A stretch of 33,721 nucleotides of DNA from Tubiluchus corallicola (lineage: Eukaryota; Animalia; Priapulida). Where the stretch lies: the NCBI GenBank assembly GCA_030141605.1, contig JAQGDQ010001587.1, forward strand, positions 1-33,721, given 5' to 3'. Both the position numbers and the translations under genes were made by a program. The notes under the pieces were generated by a model. That model did not search any database, was not told the DNA's origin, and was given only the letters and a program-made list of their open reading frames with translations. Below are positions 23,444 to 33,721 of the stretch, piece by piece. Every line of letters starts with the position of its first letter. Within the stretch, counting starts at the first letter, position 1.

Positions 23444-24061
23444 CAGGAATAGCCCATATACGTATACCTACACAGCATACAGCTCAATGACTGTAGTACG
23501 CCACAAACAGTTGCAGGAATAGCCCACATACGTATACCTACACAGTATACAGCTCAATGACGGTAGTACGCCACAAACAGTTGCAGGAATAGCCCACATA
23601 CGTATACCTACACAGTATACAGCTCAATGACGGTAGTACGCCACAAACAGTTGCAGGAATAGCCCATATACGTACACCTACACAGCATACAGCTCAATGA
23701 CTGTAGTACGCCACAAACAGTTGCAGAAATAGCCCATATACGTATACCTACACAGTATACACCTCAATGACTGTAGTACGCCACAAACAGTCGCAGGAAT
23801 AGCCCATATACGTACACCTACACAGTATACAGCTCAATGACGGTAGTACGCCACAAACAGTTGCAGGAATAGCCCGTATACCTACGCAGTATACAGCTCA
23901 ATGACTGTAGTACGCCACAAACAGTCGCAGGAATAGACCGTATACCTACACAGTATACAGCTCAATGACTGTAGTACGCCACAAACAGTTGCAGGAATAG
24001 CCCATATACGTACACCTACACAGTATACAGCTCAATGACTGTAGCACGCCACAAACAGTTA
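23444..24061. repeat. 70-bp minisatellite, 9 units (two are 64-bp variants)
   Basis: Unit starts (caggaatag; cagaaatag at 23724) at 23444, 23514, 23584, 23654, 23724, 23794, 23864, 23928 and 23992. Confidence 0.95.
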
Positions 24062-24540
24062 CGTAGCGCTGAAACAGCGCTTATAATGAACACCAGGAGT
24101 AGCGTCAAGTTCGAGTAGAAAATGACAAGAATAATGTGTTTGGGTTTATTGCGCGCCTATTAAACTACGCGAAGGAAATTAAAACAAAAAGTAATTTTCA
24201 TTTTCAAATTTATTTCAAAAGAAAGCTGAACCCAATCTTAAACTGTAATCCAAACTATCTATTGCATTAAACATTGAAAGGCAAGCGCTCTCGGTGCTTA
24301 AACTAATTCAAATTTCTAGCGCTTGCCTAATGTTCATGCAAAATTACCTACCTAATTTATTGTAAAAACTTATTATACTTCTGACGGGCTGTTTTTCTTC
24401 AGTCAACAAATGATGTCATTGGTGGAAAATGGGCATGCAAAATGGGAGCAATAGCAACTTTAAAGTGATTTCACTAATTACACGAGGCGCTTATCACAGT
24501 TTTATTACTAAATCCTTCTAACATTGAAATAAGCCTAAGT

Positions 24541-25001
24541 CAGGGGGGTGCAAATTATCTGACTAGCCGGGCCATATTAAACTTTCCCGCAATTCCTGCG
24601 GGCCACAGGCAGTTTGATCAAGGAGCCAAGTACAGAAAGGCCTAATAACGATTTTTTTGCATCAGACCTGCCTACATCATTACTACTACACTCAAGAAAC
24701 TATTTTAGAAGTTATTAAAATTTATATTACAAACCATATATTTCTACTTTCAGGACAGTTAGTGGTAATTTCTTTACAATGCATATTAGTAATGTGTATC
24801 ACACAGTCTGTGTAGTACAGTGACATTAAGCTACAACCGTCTTGTAAGGGTTAATGACATCCAATCTAGTAGAAAAAAGCTACCCGCACTATCTTTGGGA
24901 TCGTGGCACGGACTTCAGCTGGATACACTCAATTAATCGCCCGGGCCGCACTTTCATTAGGTTGACAAATCTCTTCGCGGGCCGCAATTTACACACCCCT
25001 G
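24541..25001. mobile_element. Non-autonomous hAT MITE
   Basis: TIR CAGGGGGGTGCAAATT...AATTTACACACCCCTG; 8-bp TSD GCCTAAGT at 24533-24540 and 25002-25009; subterminal GCGGGCC motifs. Confidence 0.92.
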
Positions 25002-25904
25002 GCCTAAGTATCACGAAGGCTTGACCTTCCCTTTAAGGTTCGTCATAAGTTTAGTACAAGTAAAAGTTGTACTAAATGAAAGTTTCGTTTCGGATTCATG
25101 GGGTGAATGTAGCTAAAATAGTTAACGTTGCATCCTTATGGCGATGATACTGATACTGACAGACTGTATCCCATATTACTGAGCTAACAGCAACAGTGTG
25201 TTAACATCGTAACTTCCTAAACCGCTTGTAATAAAATAATTTAAAAGCTTGACGGCAGCCTGTAAAATACGCTCAGCTATTTTCATAAACCTCGAACACA
25301 TGGAAAATGCGTTTCAGACATTTTGCACTCGCGAAATGCAGCCAGCAAATAAATTGAACCGTCAACCACATCTGCTGCTAAAGGGGAAGATTCCTGAAAT
25401 CACCTGACGTCACAGACTTTAACAATCACTACAGTGCAAGAAACTTTACTTCACTGTACAAAACTCATGTTATGAAATCAACGGAAATAAATGCAAAATT
25501 ACGTGAAAACTGTCCATATTTAGCAATTGATTTTCCGAATTATGGTTTTCTAAAAATATCGATAACTGATCTGTCTGAGTTCGACTTTTTCTGTTCGAAC
25601 GCAGCTTTAGATTTTTCGACATCATACTGGGAAGCAAAATTTACGTTTTAATCGTGTTTAAATTTGAAAATTTAGTGCTCGAATAGAGTTGATCTAGGTT
25701 TAATTGATGCATCTGAATGGCCGTAGTAAATTCACACTTAGTTCGACCACTACGAGCGATCGTCCTTAGAAACTTTTTCTTCTCAGGTGTAACAAAACTG
25801 CAAGGCAAAACTCTTTCTTTGTTAGAATTATATCGCTTTGAAACACTCTTCTTTCTGATGTTGTCGTGGCTCACTCTTTAGCTTCCTTGGAACACTCTCT
25901 AAAA

Positions 25905-26691
25905 ACTGTTATTTCAATAATCATCACAAATGTCTTGGCTAGTTTAGAGGATGCTCTACGTAGTGCCAACTCGTTGTCCATATTCAAAAAAGTATGCCAA
26001 CTCGTTGTCCATATTCAAAAAAGTATGCCAACTCGTTGTCCATATTCAAAAAAGTATGTCAACTCGTTGTCCATATTCAAAAAAGTATGCCAACTCGTTG
26101 TCGATATTCAAAAAAGTATGCCAACTCGTTGTCCATATTCTAAGAAGTATGTCAACTCGTTGTCCATATTCAAAAAGTATGTAAATTACATTTACTTGAA
26201 ACATATAACTGATCACTCAATCATGATTTGTTGTTGTTTTTCATTTTCAAAAACTTCCCCTCTGGGATAATAATATTTTTATTGCTTCCCACCCGTATAT
26301 ATATCTGCAATGCATACCTCCATATAGTCTAAACAAGTGTTGCACCTCCATATAGTCTAATCAAGTGTTGCCTCCTCCACAAATGCTTAGCTAATGTGTT
26401 AAAGCATTTATCATTTCTCTGTACCGACCATCAGTTTACATCGTAATTATGAAAATTTAATACTACTAACTCCCACTGTAAATCACACTAACCATTAATA
26501 ATATATTGTAATTTTTTTCGTAACTAATTCTAGTGGCCTAGCATAAGCTAGCTTTTTACGTCTCTAGCGCAGAATTCATGAATTGTATCATAATTCTGTA
26601 CTAACAAAAACTGATTATCGATGCACATGTAATGTATATGTATATGTTTATTGCGAAATAAATCTATTGAATTGAATTGAATTGAATTGAA
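25905..26691 (+). mobile_element. Duplicated LINE 3' remnant with 31-bp repeat and (ATTGA)n tail
   Basis: Copy of 22350-23136. Confidence 0.6.
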
Positions 26692-26998
26692 TAGTATTCC
26701 CCTAAATTCCAGTGCATGTACATACAATTTGTAATTATTTCTTTTACAATAGTCACAAACAATTTACATGGTTTATTTGTAATATTGATTTACAAATTTT
26801 CACCCAAGATGATCAATACTTTCATTGTACTAACCTGTCGGGTTCCTTAAGATTTTTTTATACCTTGTTAGCGCTGCTTTCAACTTTTTACAATTTATTT
26901 GTGCATCATCATCACTTGGTTAAAAGTTGAAATTCAATTCAATTCAACACTGGGCTTTTTTCATTTATTTATTTGTACCTCAAGAAGTTTTAGTTTAA

Positions 26999-27546
26999 CA
27001 GGAATAGCCCATATACGTATACCTACACAGCATACAGCTCAATGACTGTAGTACGCCACAAACAGTTGCAGGAATAGCCCACATACGTATACCTACACAG
27101 TATACAGCTCAATGACGGTAGTACGCCACAAACAGTTGCAGGAATAGCCCATATACGTACACCTACACAGCATACAGCTCAATGACTGTAGTACGCCACA
27201 AACAGTTGCAGGAATAGCCCATATACGTATACCTACACAGTATACACCTCAATGACTGTAGTACGCCACAAACAGTCGCAGGAATAGACCGTATACGTAC
27301 ACCTACACAGTATACAGCTCAATGACGGTAGTACGCCACAAACAGTTGCAGGAATAGCCCGTATACCTACGCAGTATACAGCTCAATGACTGTAGTACGC
27401 CACAAACAGTCGCAGGAATAGACCGTATACCTACACAGCATACAGCTCAATGACTGTAGTACGCCACAAACAGTTGCAGGAATAGCCCATATACGTACAC
27501 CTACACAGTATACAGCTCAATGACTGTAGCACGCCACAAACAGTTA
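26999..27546. repeat. 70-bp minisatellite, 8 units
   Basis: Same unit as 23444-24061. Confidence 0.95.
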
Positions 27547-28025
27547 CGTAGCGCTGAAACAGCGCTTATAATGAACACCAGGAGTAGCGTCAAGTTCGAG
27601 TAGAAAATGACAAGAATAATGTGTTTGGGTTTATTGCGCGCCTATTAAACTACGCGAAGGAAATTAAAACAAAAAGTAATTTTCATTTTCAAATTTGTTT
27701 CAAAAGAAAGCTGAACCCAATCTTAAACTGTAATCCAAACTATCTATTGCATTAAACATTGAAAGGCAAGCGCTCTCGGTGCTTAAACTAATTCAAATTT
27801 CTAGCGCTTACCTAATGTTCATGCAAAATTACCTACCTAATTTATTGTAAAAACTTATTATACTTCTGACGGGCTGTTTTTCTTCAGTCGACAAATGATG
27901 TCATTGGTGGAAAATGGGCATGCAAAATGGGAGCAATAGCAACTTTAAAATGATTTCACTAATTACACGAGGCGGTTATCACAGTTTTATTACTAAATCC
28001 TTCTAACATTGAAATAAGCCTAAGT

Positions 28026-28529
28026 CAGGGGGGTGCAAATTATCTGACTAGCCGGGCCATATTAAACTTTCCCGCAATTCCTGCGAGCCACAGGCAGTTT
28101 GATCAAGGAGTCAAGTACAGAAAGGCCTAATAACGATTTTTTTGCATCCGACCTGCGTACATCATTACTACTACACTCAAGAAACTATTTTAGTTAGAAG
28201 TTATTAAAATTTATATTACAAACCATATATTTCTACTTTCGGGACAGATAGTGGTAATTTCATTGCAATGCATATTAGTAATGTGTATCACACAGTCTGT
28301 GTAGTACAGTGACATTAAGCTACAACCGTCTTGTAAGGGTTAATGGCATCCGATCTAGTAGAAAAAACTAACCGCACTATGATTGGGATCGTGGCACGGA
28401 CTTCAGCTGGATACACTCAATTAATCGCCCGGGCCGCACTTTCATTAGGTTGACAAATCTCTTTGCGGGCCCCACAAATTCTCTCGGCGGGCCGCAAGTG
28501 GCCCGTGGGCCGCAATTTACACACCCCTG
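28026..28529. mobile_element. hAT MITE, second copy (same TSD, more complete right end)
   Basis: GCCTAAGT at 28018-28025 and 28530-28537; same TIRs as the first copy. Confidence 0.92.
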
Positions 28530-28663
28530 GCCTAAGTATCACGAAGGCTTGACCTTCCCTTTAAGGTTCGTCATAAGTTTAGTGCAAGTAAAAGTTGCAC
28601 GAAATGAAAGTTTCGTTTCGGATTCATGGGGTGAATGTAGCTAAAATAGTTAACGTAGCATCC

Positions 28664-28870
28664 TTATGGCGATGATACTGGTACTAACAGGACTTTATCC
28701 CATATTACTGAGCCAACAGCAACACTGTGTTAACATCGTAACTTCCTAAACCGCTTGTAATAAAATAATTTAAAAGCTTGACGGCAGCCTATAAAATACG
28801 CTCAGCTATTTTCATAAATCTCGAGCAAATGGAAAATGCGTTTCAGACATTTTGCACTCGCGAAATCCAG
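28664..28870. repeat. Start of a third, diverging copy of the duplication unit
   Basis: ttatggcgatgatactggtactaacaggac...ttttgcactcgcgaaat; patchy similarity continues at ~28965-28992 and ~29452-29520. Confidence 0.85.
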
Positions 28871-29090
28871 TCGACTGCGACGCTTGGCAAATAAACTGAA
28901 TCCTGGAACGCAGCATCCGGTGCACGAGACGCATCCATGCTGTTAATGGATCCTGGGAAATGTGTGAAATCACCTGACGTCATAGAGTTTAATGCTGATC
29001 ACGTATCATCACCAGAGTGCGAGAGGCTTTGCTTCATTGGCACGAAATACCAAAATTCATTCAGAAAGACAGAAAATGAAAGGTTATAAG

Positions 29091-29335
29091 ATAAAATAAA
29101 ATGAAATGAAATGAAATAAAATAAAATAAAATAAAATAAAATGAAATGAAATGAAATGAAATGAAATGAAATGAAATGAAACGAAACGAAACGAAACGAA
29201 ACGAAACGAAACGAAACGAAACGAAACGAAACGAAACGAAGCGAAGCGAAGCGAAGCGAAGCGAAACGAAACGAAACGAAACGAAACGAAACGAAACGAA
29301 ACAAAACAAAACAAAACAAAATAAAAATAAAATAA
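29091..29335. repeat. Compound pentanucleotide microsatellite (AAAAT/GAAAT/GAAAC/GAAGC/AAAAC)
   Basis: Read directly from the sequence. Confidence 0.97.
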
Positions 29336-30977
29336 AGCAAAACATAATAAATACAAAACGTTTTGAATCAGCTGTTTCGTCAGGGTAGTTTTTTTATTAA
29401 ACGTAAACCATAGATAATAATATTACTGCATTATCTATGGTGTAAATCCGTAAATATCGATAAGCTTCCTGACAACTGATCTGTCTCAAGTCGATTTTCC
29501 CTGTTTGAACGCAGCTTTGCATTTATGGATACCATGTTGTGAACTAAAATTAGCGTATTAATCGTTATTAAAGGAAAAGGCAAGCCTTTATGATACCTAA
29601 GCTTGTTTCATTGTTCGCGAAAAATGTTAGAAGGATTTAGTAATAAAAGTGTGATAAGCGCCTCGTGTAATTAGCAAAATCACTTTAAGGTTGCTATTGG
29701 TGCCATTTTGGTCGCTCCTATTTCTCCACCAATGACGTCATTTTGGGCGCTCCCATTTCTCCACCAATGACATCATTTGTCGACTGAAGCAGCACGTCAA
29801 AAGTATAAGTTTTTACGAAACATTAGATACATAATTTTGCATGAACATTAGGTAAGCTGCAGAAATTTGAATTAGTTTAAACAGCGTGCGTTTACCAAAA
29901 GTCATGACGGACTTACGAAAAGCCACGAAGTCGGACCCCCCCCCCCCAGTTACGTCATAATTTTCAAGTGAATGAGGCTATCACCACGCCTGAAAATTTT
30001 TACTCCGCGGAAATATATTTCAAATTTTTTTTGTTATATTTTTCTAAGTTTAAGTGATAACAGTAAAATAAGTTCAACATACTGAGTGACTTGATCTTTC
30101 CTTTAAATTTGAAAATCAAATTCTCGAATAGAACGCTAAGCTTTCTTTTCATTTGTTGGACGGTTTGTATCTTAAGTTACGGTTGTATAACATGAGTAGC
30201 CTATATACATTATATATTGCACCCTATACAGCCCAATGACCATAGTACGCCACAAACAGTTGCGTAGCACTAAAACAGTGCTTATAAGAAACACAGACTA
30301 CGGCCAAATCACGTTGAAAACAGCGGTTCTCGTCTGATCGCCGAAGTGAAGCAACGTAGAGCCTGGTTAGTACTTGGATGGGTGACCGCCTAGGAATACC
30401 AGGTGCTGTAGGCTTGCGGGATGCCCACACTGTGTCTTTAGGCGGAGGAGCTGCACAAGGCAGCCAACGGCTAGAGGGCGGAGGAGGTCAAGTGACCCAA
30501 CGGCCATGTGTAGAGCGAGTAAACCTTCCAAATCAGGAGTGGAGCCCCGAAGGTGGACCAGTGCAGCATGCTCACTGACTCCAGCAGCTCCTGCAGCCAA
30601 CCTGGTGCCAAACGTATCGCTCCGCTTTCCTTTGGACTACACCAGGGAGGAAGAGAGGGGGTTCCTGTTGTCTGGGCAACTCAGGATCTCCATACACCTT
30701 GCCCAGGTGTGCGTCACAGTTAATTGGAAAAGAGTACATAAAAGTTACCTGTGCATTCCAATCAGCTTTCTCTAATGTATACTGTACATTACAGCATGAT
30801 CTCTTGTTCAAATATGGCGGCAGAAGCAAGGATTTTATATATGTGTATACATTGTGTGGTGATTTCACCATTTTAATTGCACACTAAAATGTAATAAATG
30901 TTATTCGAAGGCTGATTCTTTCGTCTTTTGTTGCACATTCATTATTTAACTACATTTTCGTTCACTCGCTGCATTTT
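29260..30977 (+). repeat. Left arm of a long near-perfect inverted duplication
   Basis: Reverse complement of 31975-33721; the outer limit cannot be fixed because the partner arm runs off the window. Confidence 0.97.
30296..30708 (+). mobile_element. 5S-derived SINE copy, full 120-nt 5S head (30296-30415), 3' RTE part absent
   Basis: GACTACGGCCAAATCACGTTGAAAAC...GTGCTGTAGGCTT followed by the same body as 18305-18600. Confidence 0.9.
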
Positions 30978-31173
30978 AGTTCACTCGCTGCATTTATGAT
31001 TTAACCAGATTGTTTGCTTCTTTGTTGTTGCATTCATGACTTGTTCAGTTGTTGTTTTAATTTTTAACTGCATTATTTGCTTGCTTTTTTTCCATTGGTA
31101 TAATTATAATATAACTGCTTTGCATTTTGTTTATTTGCTACACTTGAGACCTAACTACGTATTTATTCACTTA

Positions 31174-31480
31174 ACCATGTAGTCTGCCGTGCTTTATACT
31201 ATTCCTAAGTTATATAGGGGTTGCTGACTCGATGACCATGTAGTCTGCCGTGTTTTATAATATTCCTAAGTTATATAGGGGTGGCTGACTCGATGACCAT
31301 GTAGTCTGCCGTGCTTTATACTATTCCTAAGTTATATAGGGGTGGCTGACTCGATGACCATGCAGTCTGCCGTGTTTTATAATATTCCTAAGTTATATAG
31401 GGGTGGCTGACTCGATGACCATGTAGTCTGTCGTGCTTTATACTATTCCTAAGTTATATAGGGGTGGCTGACTCGAAGAC
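31174..31480 (+). repeat. 61-bp tandem repeat x5 within a probable LINE 3' UTR
   Basis: accatg(t/c)agtctg starts at 31174, 31235, 31296, 31357 and 31418; followed by hairpin ggggtggc...gccacccc, AATAAA and (TTGAA)n at ~31571-31586. Confidence 0.92.
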
Positions 31481-31846
31481 CTCCTGGTTCTTTCGCCACC
31501 CCATCTCTACATACTTTACATAATTTGTTGTATTTTTGTTATAAATATTATATTAGAGATAAATAAACCTTTGAATTGAATTGAATTTAGAATAATTCGG
31601 GATCCGTTTAAGCATCATTCATTGAATTCAGACGCCAAAATGTATGCTGTTATTTTTGCCAAAATCTCACGCAGGTAGTTACGTGGTTTTTACAAACGCC
31701 CACCATTTTATAACACGTTAAATTTACATCCATTTAAGGAAAGCGTACATGCTGTGTCGTAGGTAACCAGGTATTATAAAACACTAATGCCCGAGGCTAA
31801 ACCTTTTAAAATCACTTAGGTTGAAACGCAAGCATGTTTCACTTAC

Positions 31847-31910
31847 CTGAACTGTAATGGACGGCTGTCCGCCCCACGGTTATACAGTACAAGCAGGTAC
31901 AACAATGGAC
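31847..31910 (-). CDS. Candidate 64-nt exon encoding a signal-peptide end (PLLYLLVLYNRGADSRPLQF)
   Basis: Acceptor tttgacag|G and consensus donor CAG|GTAAGT; GC-richer than its flanks. Confidence 0.45.
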
Positions 31911-31974
31911 CTGTCAAATTTGAATTCTGTTTAACCCTGTTGATATTATAATGATATCTAGGGAAGGAATGTAG

Positions 31975-33721
31975 AAAATGCAGCGAGTGAACGAAAATGT
32001 AGTTAAATAATGAATGTGCAACAAAAGACGAAAGAATCAGCCTTCGAATAACATTTATTACATTTTAGTGTGCAATTAAAATGGTGAAATCACCACACAA
32101 TGTATACACATATATAAAATCCTTGCTTCTGCCGCCATATTTGAACAAGAGATCATGCTGTAATGTACAGTATACATTAGAGAAAGCTGATTGGAATGCA
32201 CAGGTAACTTTTATGTACTCTTTTCCAATTAACTGTGACGCACACCTGGGCAAGGTGTATGGAGATCTTGAGTTGCCCAGACAACAGGAACCCCCTCTCT
32301 TCCTCCCTGGTGTAGTCCAAAGGAAAGCGGAGTGATATGTTTGGCACCAGGTTGGCTGCAGGAGCTGCTGGAGTCAGTGAGCATGCTGCACTGGTCCACC
32401 TTCGGGGCTCCACTCCTGATTTGAAAGGTTTACTCCTCTACAAATGGCTGTTGGGTCACTTGACCTCCTCCGCCCTCTAGCCGTTGGCTGCCTTGTGCAG
32501 CTCTTCCGCCTAAAGGCACAGTGTGGGCATCTCGCAAGCCTACAGCAGCTGGTATTCCTAGGCGGTCACCCATCCAAGTACTAACCAGGCTCTACGTTGC
32601 TTCTCTTCGGCGATCAGACGAGAACCGCTGTTTTCAATGTGATTTGGCCGTAGTCTGTGTTTCTTATAAGCACTGTTTTAGTGCTACGCAACTGTTTGTG
32701 GCGTACTATGGTCATTGGGCTGTATAGGGTGCAATATATAATGTATATAGGCTACTCATGTTATACAACCGTAACTTAAGATACAAACCGTCCAACAAAT
32801 GAAAAGAAAGCTTAGCGTTCTATTCGAGAATTTGATTTTCAAATTTAAAGGAAAGATCAAGTCACTCAGTATGTTGAACTTATTTTACTGTTATCACTTA
32901 AACTTAGAAAAATATAACAAAAAAAATTTGAAATATATTTCCGCGGAGTAAAAATTTTCAGGCGTGGTGATAGCCTCATTCACTTGAAAATTATGACGTA
33001 ACTGGGGGGGGGGGGTCCGACTTCGTGGCTTTTCGTAAGTCCGTCATGACTTTTGGTAAACGCACGCTGTTTAAACTAATTCAAATTTCTGCAGCTTACC
33101 TAATGTTCATGCAAAATTATGTATCTAATGTTTCGTAAAAACTTATACTTTTGACGTGCTGCTTCAGTCGACAAATGATGTCATTGGTGGAGAAATGGGA
33201 GCGCCTAAAATGACGTCATTGGTGGAGAAATAGGAGCGACCAAAATGGCACCAATAGTAACCTTAAAGTGATTTTGCTAATTACACGAGGCGCTTATCAC
33301 TCTTTTATTACTTAATCCTTCTAACATTTTTCGCGAACAATGAAACAAGCTTAGGTATCATAAAGGCTTGGCTTTTCCTTTAATAACGATTAATACGCTA
33401 ATTTTAGTTCACAACATGGTATCCATAAATGCAAAGCTGCGTTCAAACAGGGAAAATCGACTTGAGACAGATCAGTTGTCAGGAAGCTTATCGATATTTA
33501 CGGATTTACACCATAGATAATGCAGTAATATTATTATCTATGGTTTACGTTTAATAAAAAACTACCCTGACGAAACAGCTGATTCAAAACGTTTTGTATT
33601 TATTATGTTTTGCTTTATTTTATTTTTATTTTGTTTTGTTTTGCTTTGTTTTGTTTTGTTTCGTTTCGTTTCGTTTCGTTTCGTTTCGTTTCGTTTCGTT
33701 TCGTTTCGTTTCGTTTCGTTT
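31975..33721 (-). repeat. Right arm of the long inverted duplication (runs off the window)
   Basis: Reverse complement of ~29260-30977, ending in (TTTCG)n. Confidence 0.97.
32243..32655 (-). mobile_element. 5S-derived SINE copy in the right palindrome arm (5S head 32536-32655)
   Basis: Reverse complement of 30296-30708 with ~13 differences. Confidence 0.9.

Larger units (their letters stand above)
21580..25135. repeat. Tandem segmental duplication, unit 1 (~3556 bp)
   Basis: Near-identical to 25136-28663; ORF-track entries recur at an offset of 3555. Confidence 0.97.
25136..28663. repeat. Tandem segmental duplication, unit 2 (~3528 bp)
   Basis: Colinear with unit 1; has one fewer 70-bp unit and a longer MITE. 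Confidence 0.97.

Noticed and set aside
23444-24061. CRISPR-like array (also the 60-bp, 61-bp and 31-bp arrays)
   Set aside because: Units are contiguous with no unique spacers, there are no cas genes, and the context is eukaryotic.
30296-30415. Functional 5S rRNA genes (also 18194-18304 and 32536-32655)
   Set aside because: No oligo-T terminator, all are followed by the same SINE body, they carry scattered substitutions, and one copy is 5'-truncated with a TSD. Treated as SINE heads.

Overview
AT-rich, repeat-dense animal (invertebrate-like) genomic DNA with spliceosomal introns; no prokaryotic features and no CRISPR. The one well-supported gene is a minus-strand, spliced type-I membrane protein (7121->2001): signal peptide, degenerate LRRs, LRRCT, a tandem-repeat mucin stalk, a TM helix and an acidic tail. 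A second, more speculative minus-strand gene for a small secreted Cys-rich and/or amidated peptide can be assembled from short GT-AG exons at ~31.9 kb, ~20.2 kb and ~19 kb. The clearest unusual element is a chimeric SINE: a 5S rRNA head, a structured body and an RTE-type LINE 3' end. One copy has target-site duplications (18193-18731) and two 3'-truncated copies face each other in a palindrome with arms of at least 1.75 kb (from ~29.2 kb to the window end). The rest is a TA-flanked TIR element carrying a 60-bp satellite (3 copies), hAT MITEs, a solo LTR, several LINE 3' remnants, a ~3.55-kb tandem segmental duplication, minisatellites and long compound microsatellites. Most ORFs in the supplied track are artefacts of these repeats. 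All family assignments come from motif recognition by eye; no database search was run.
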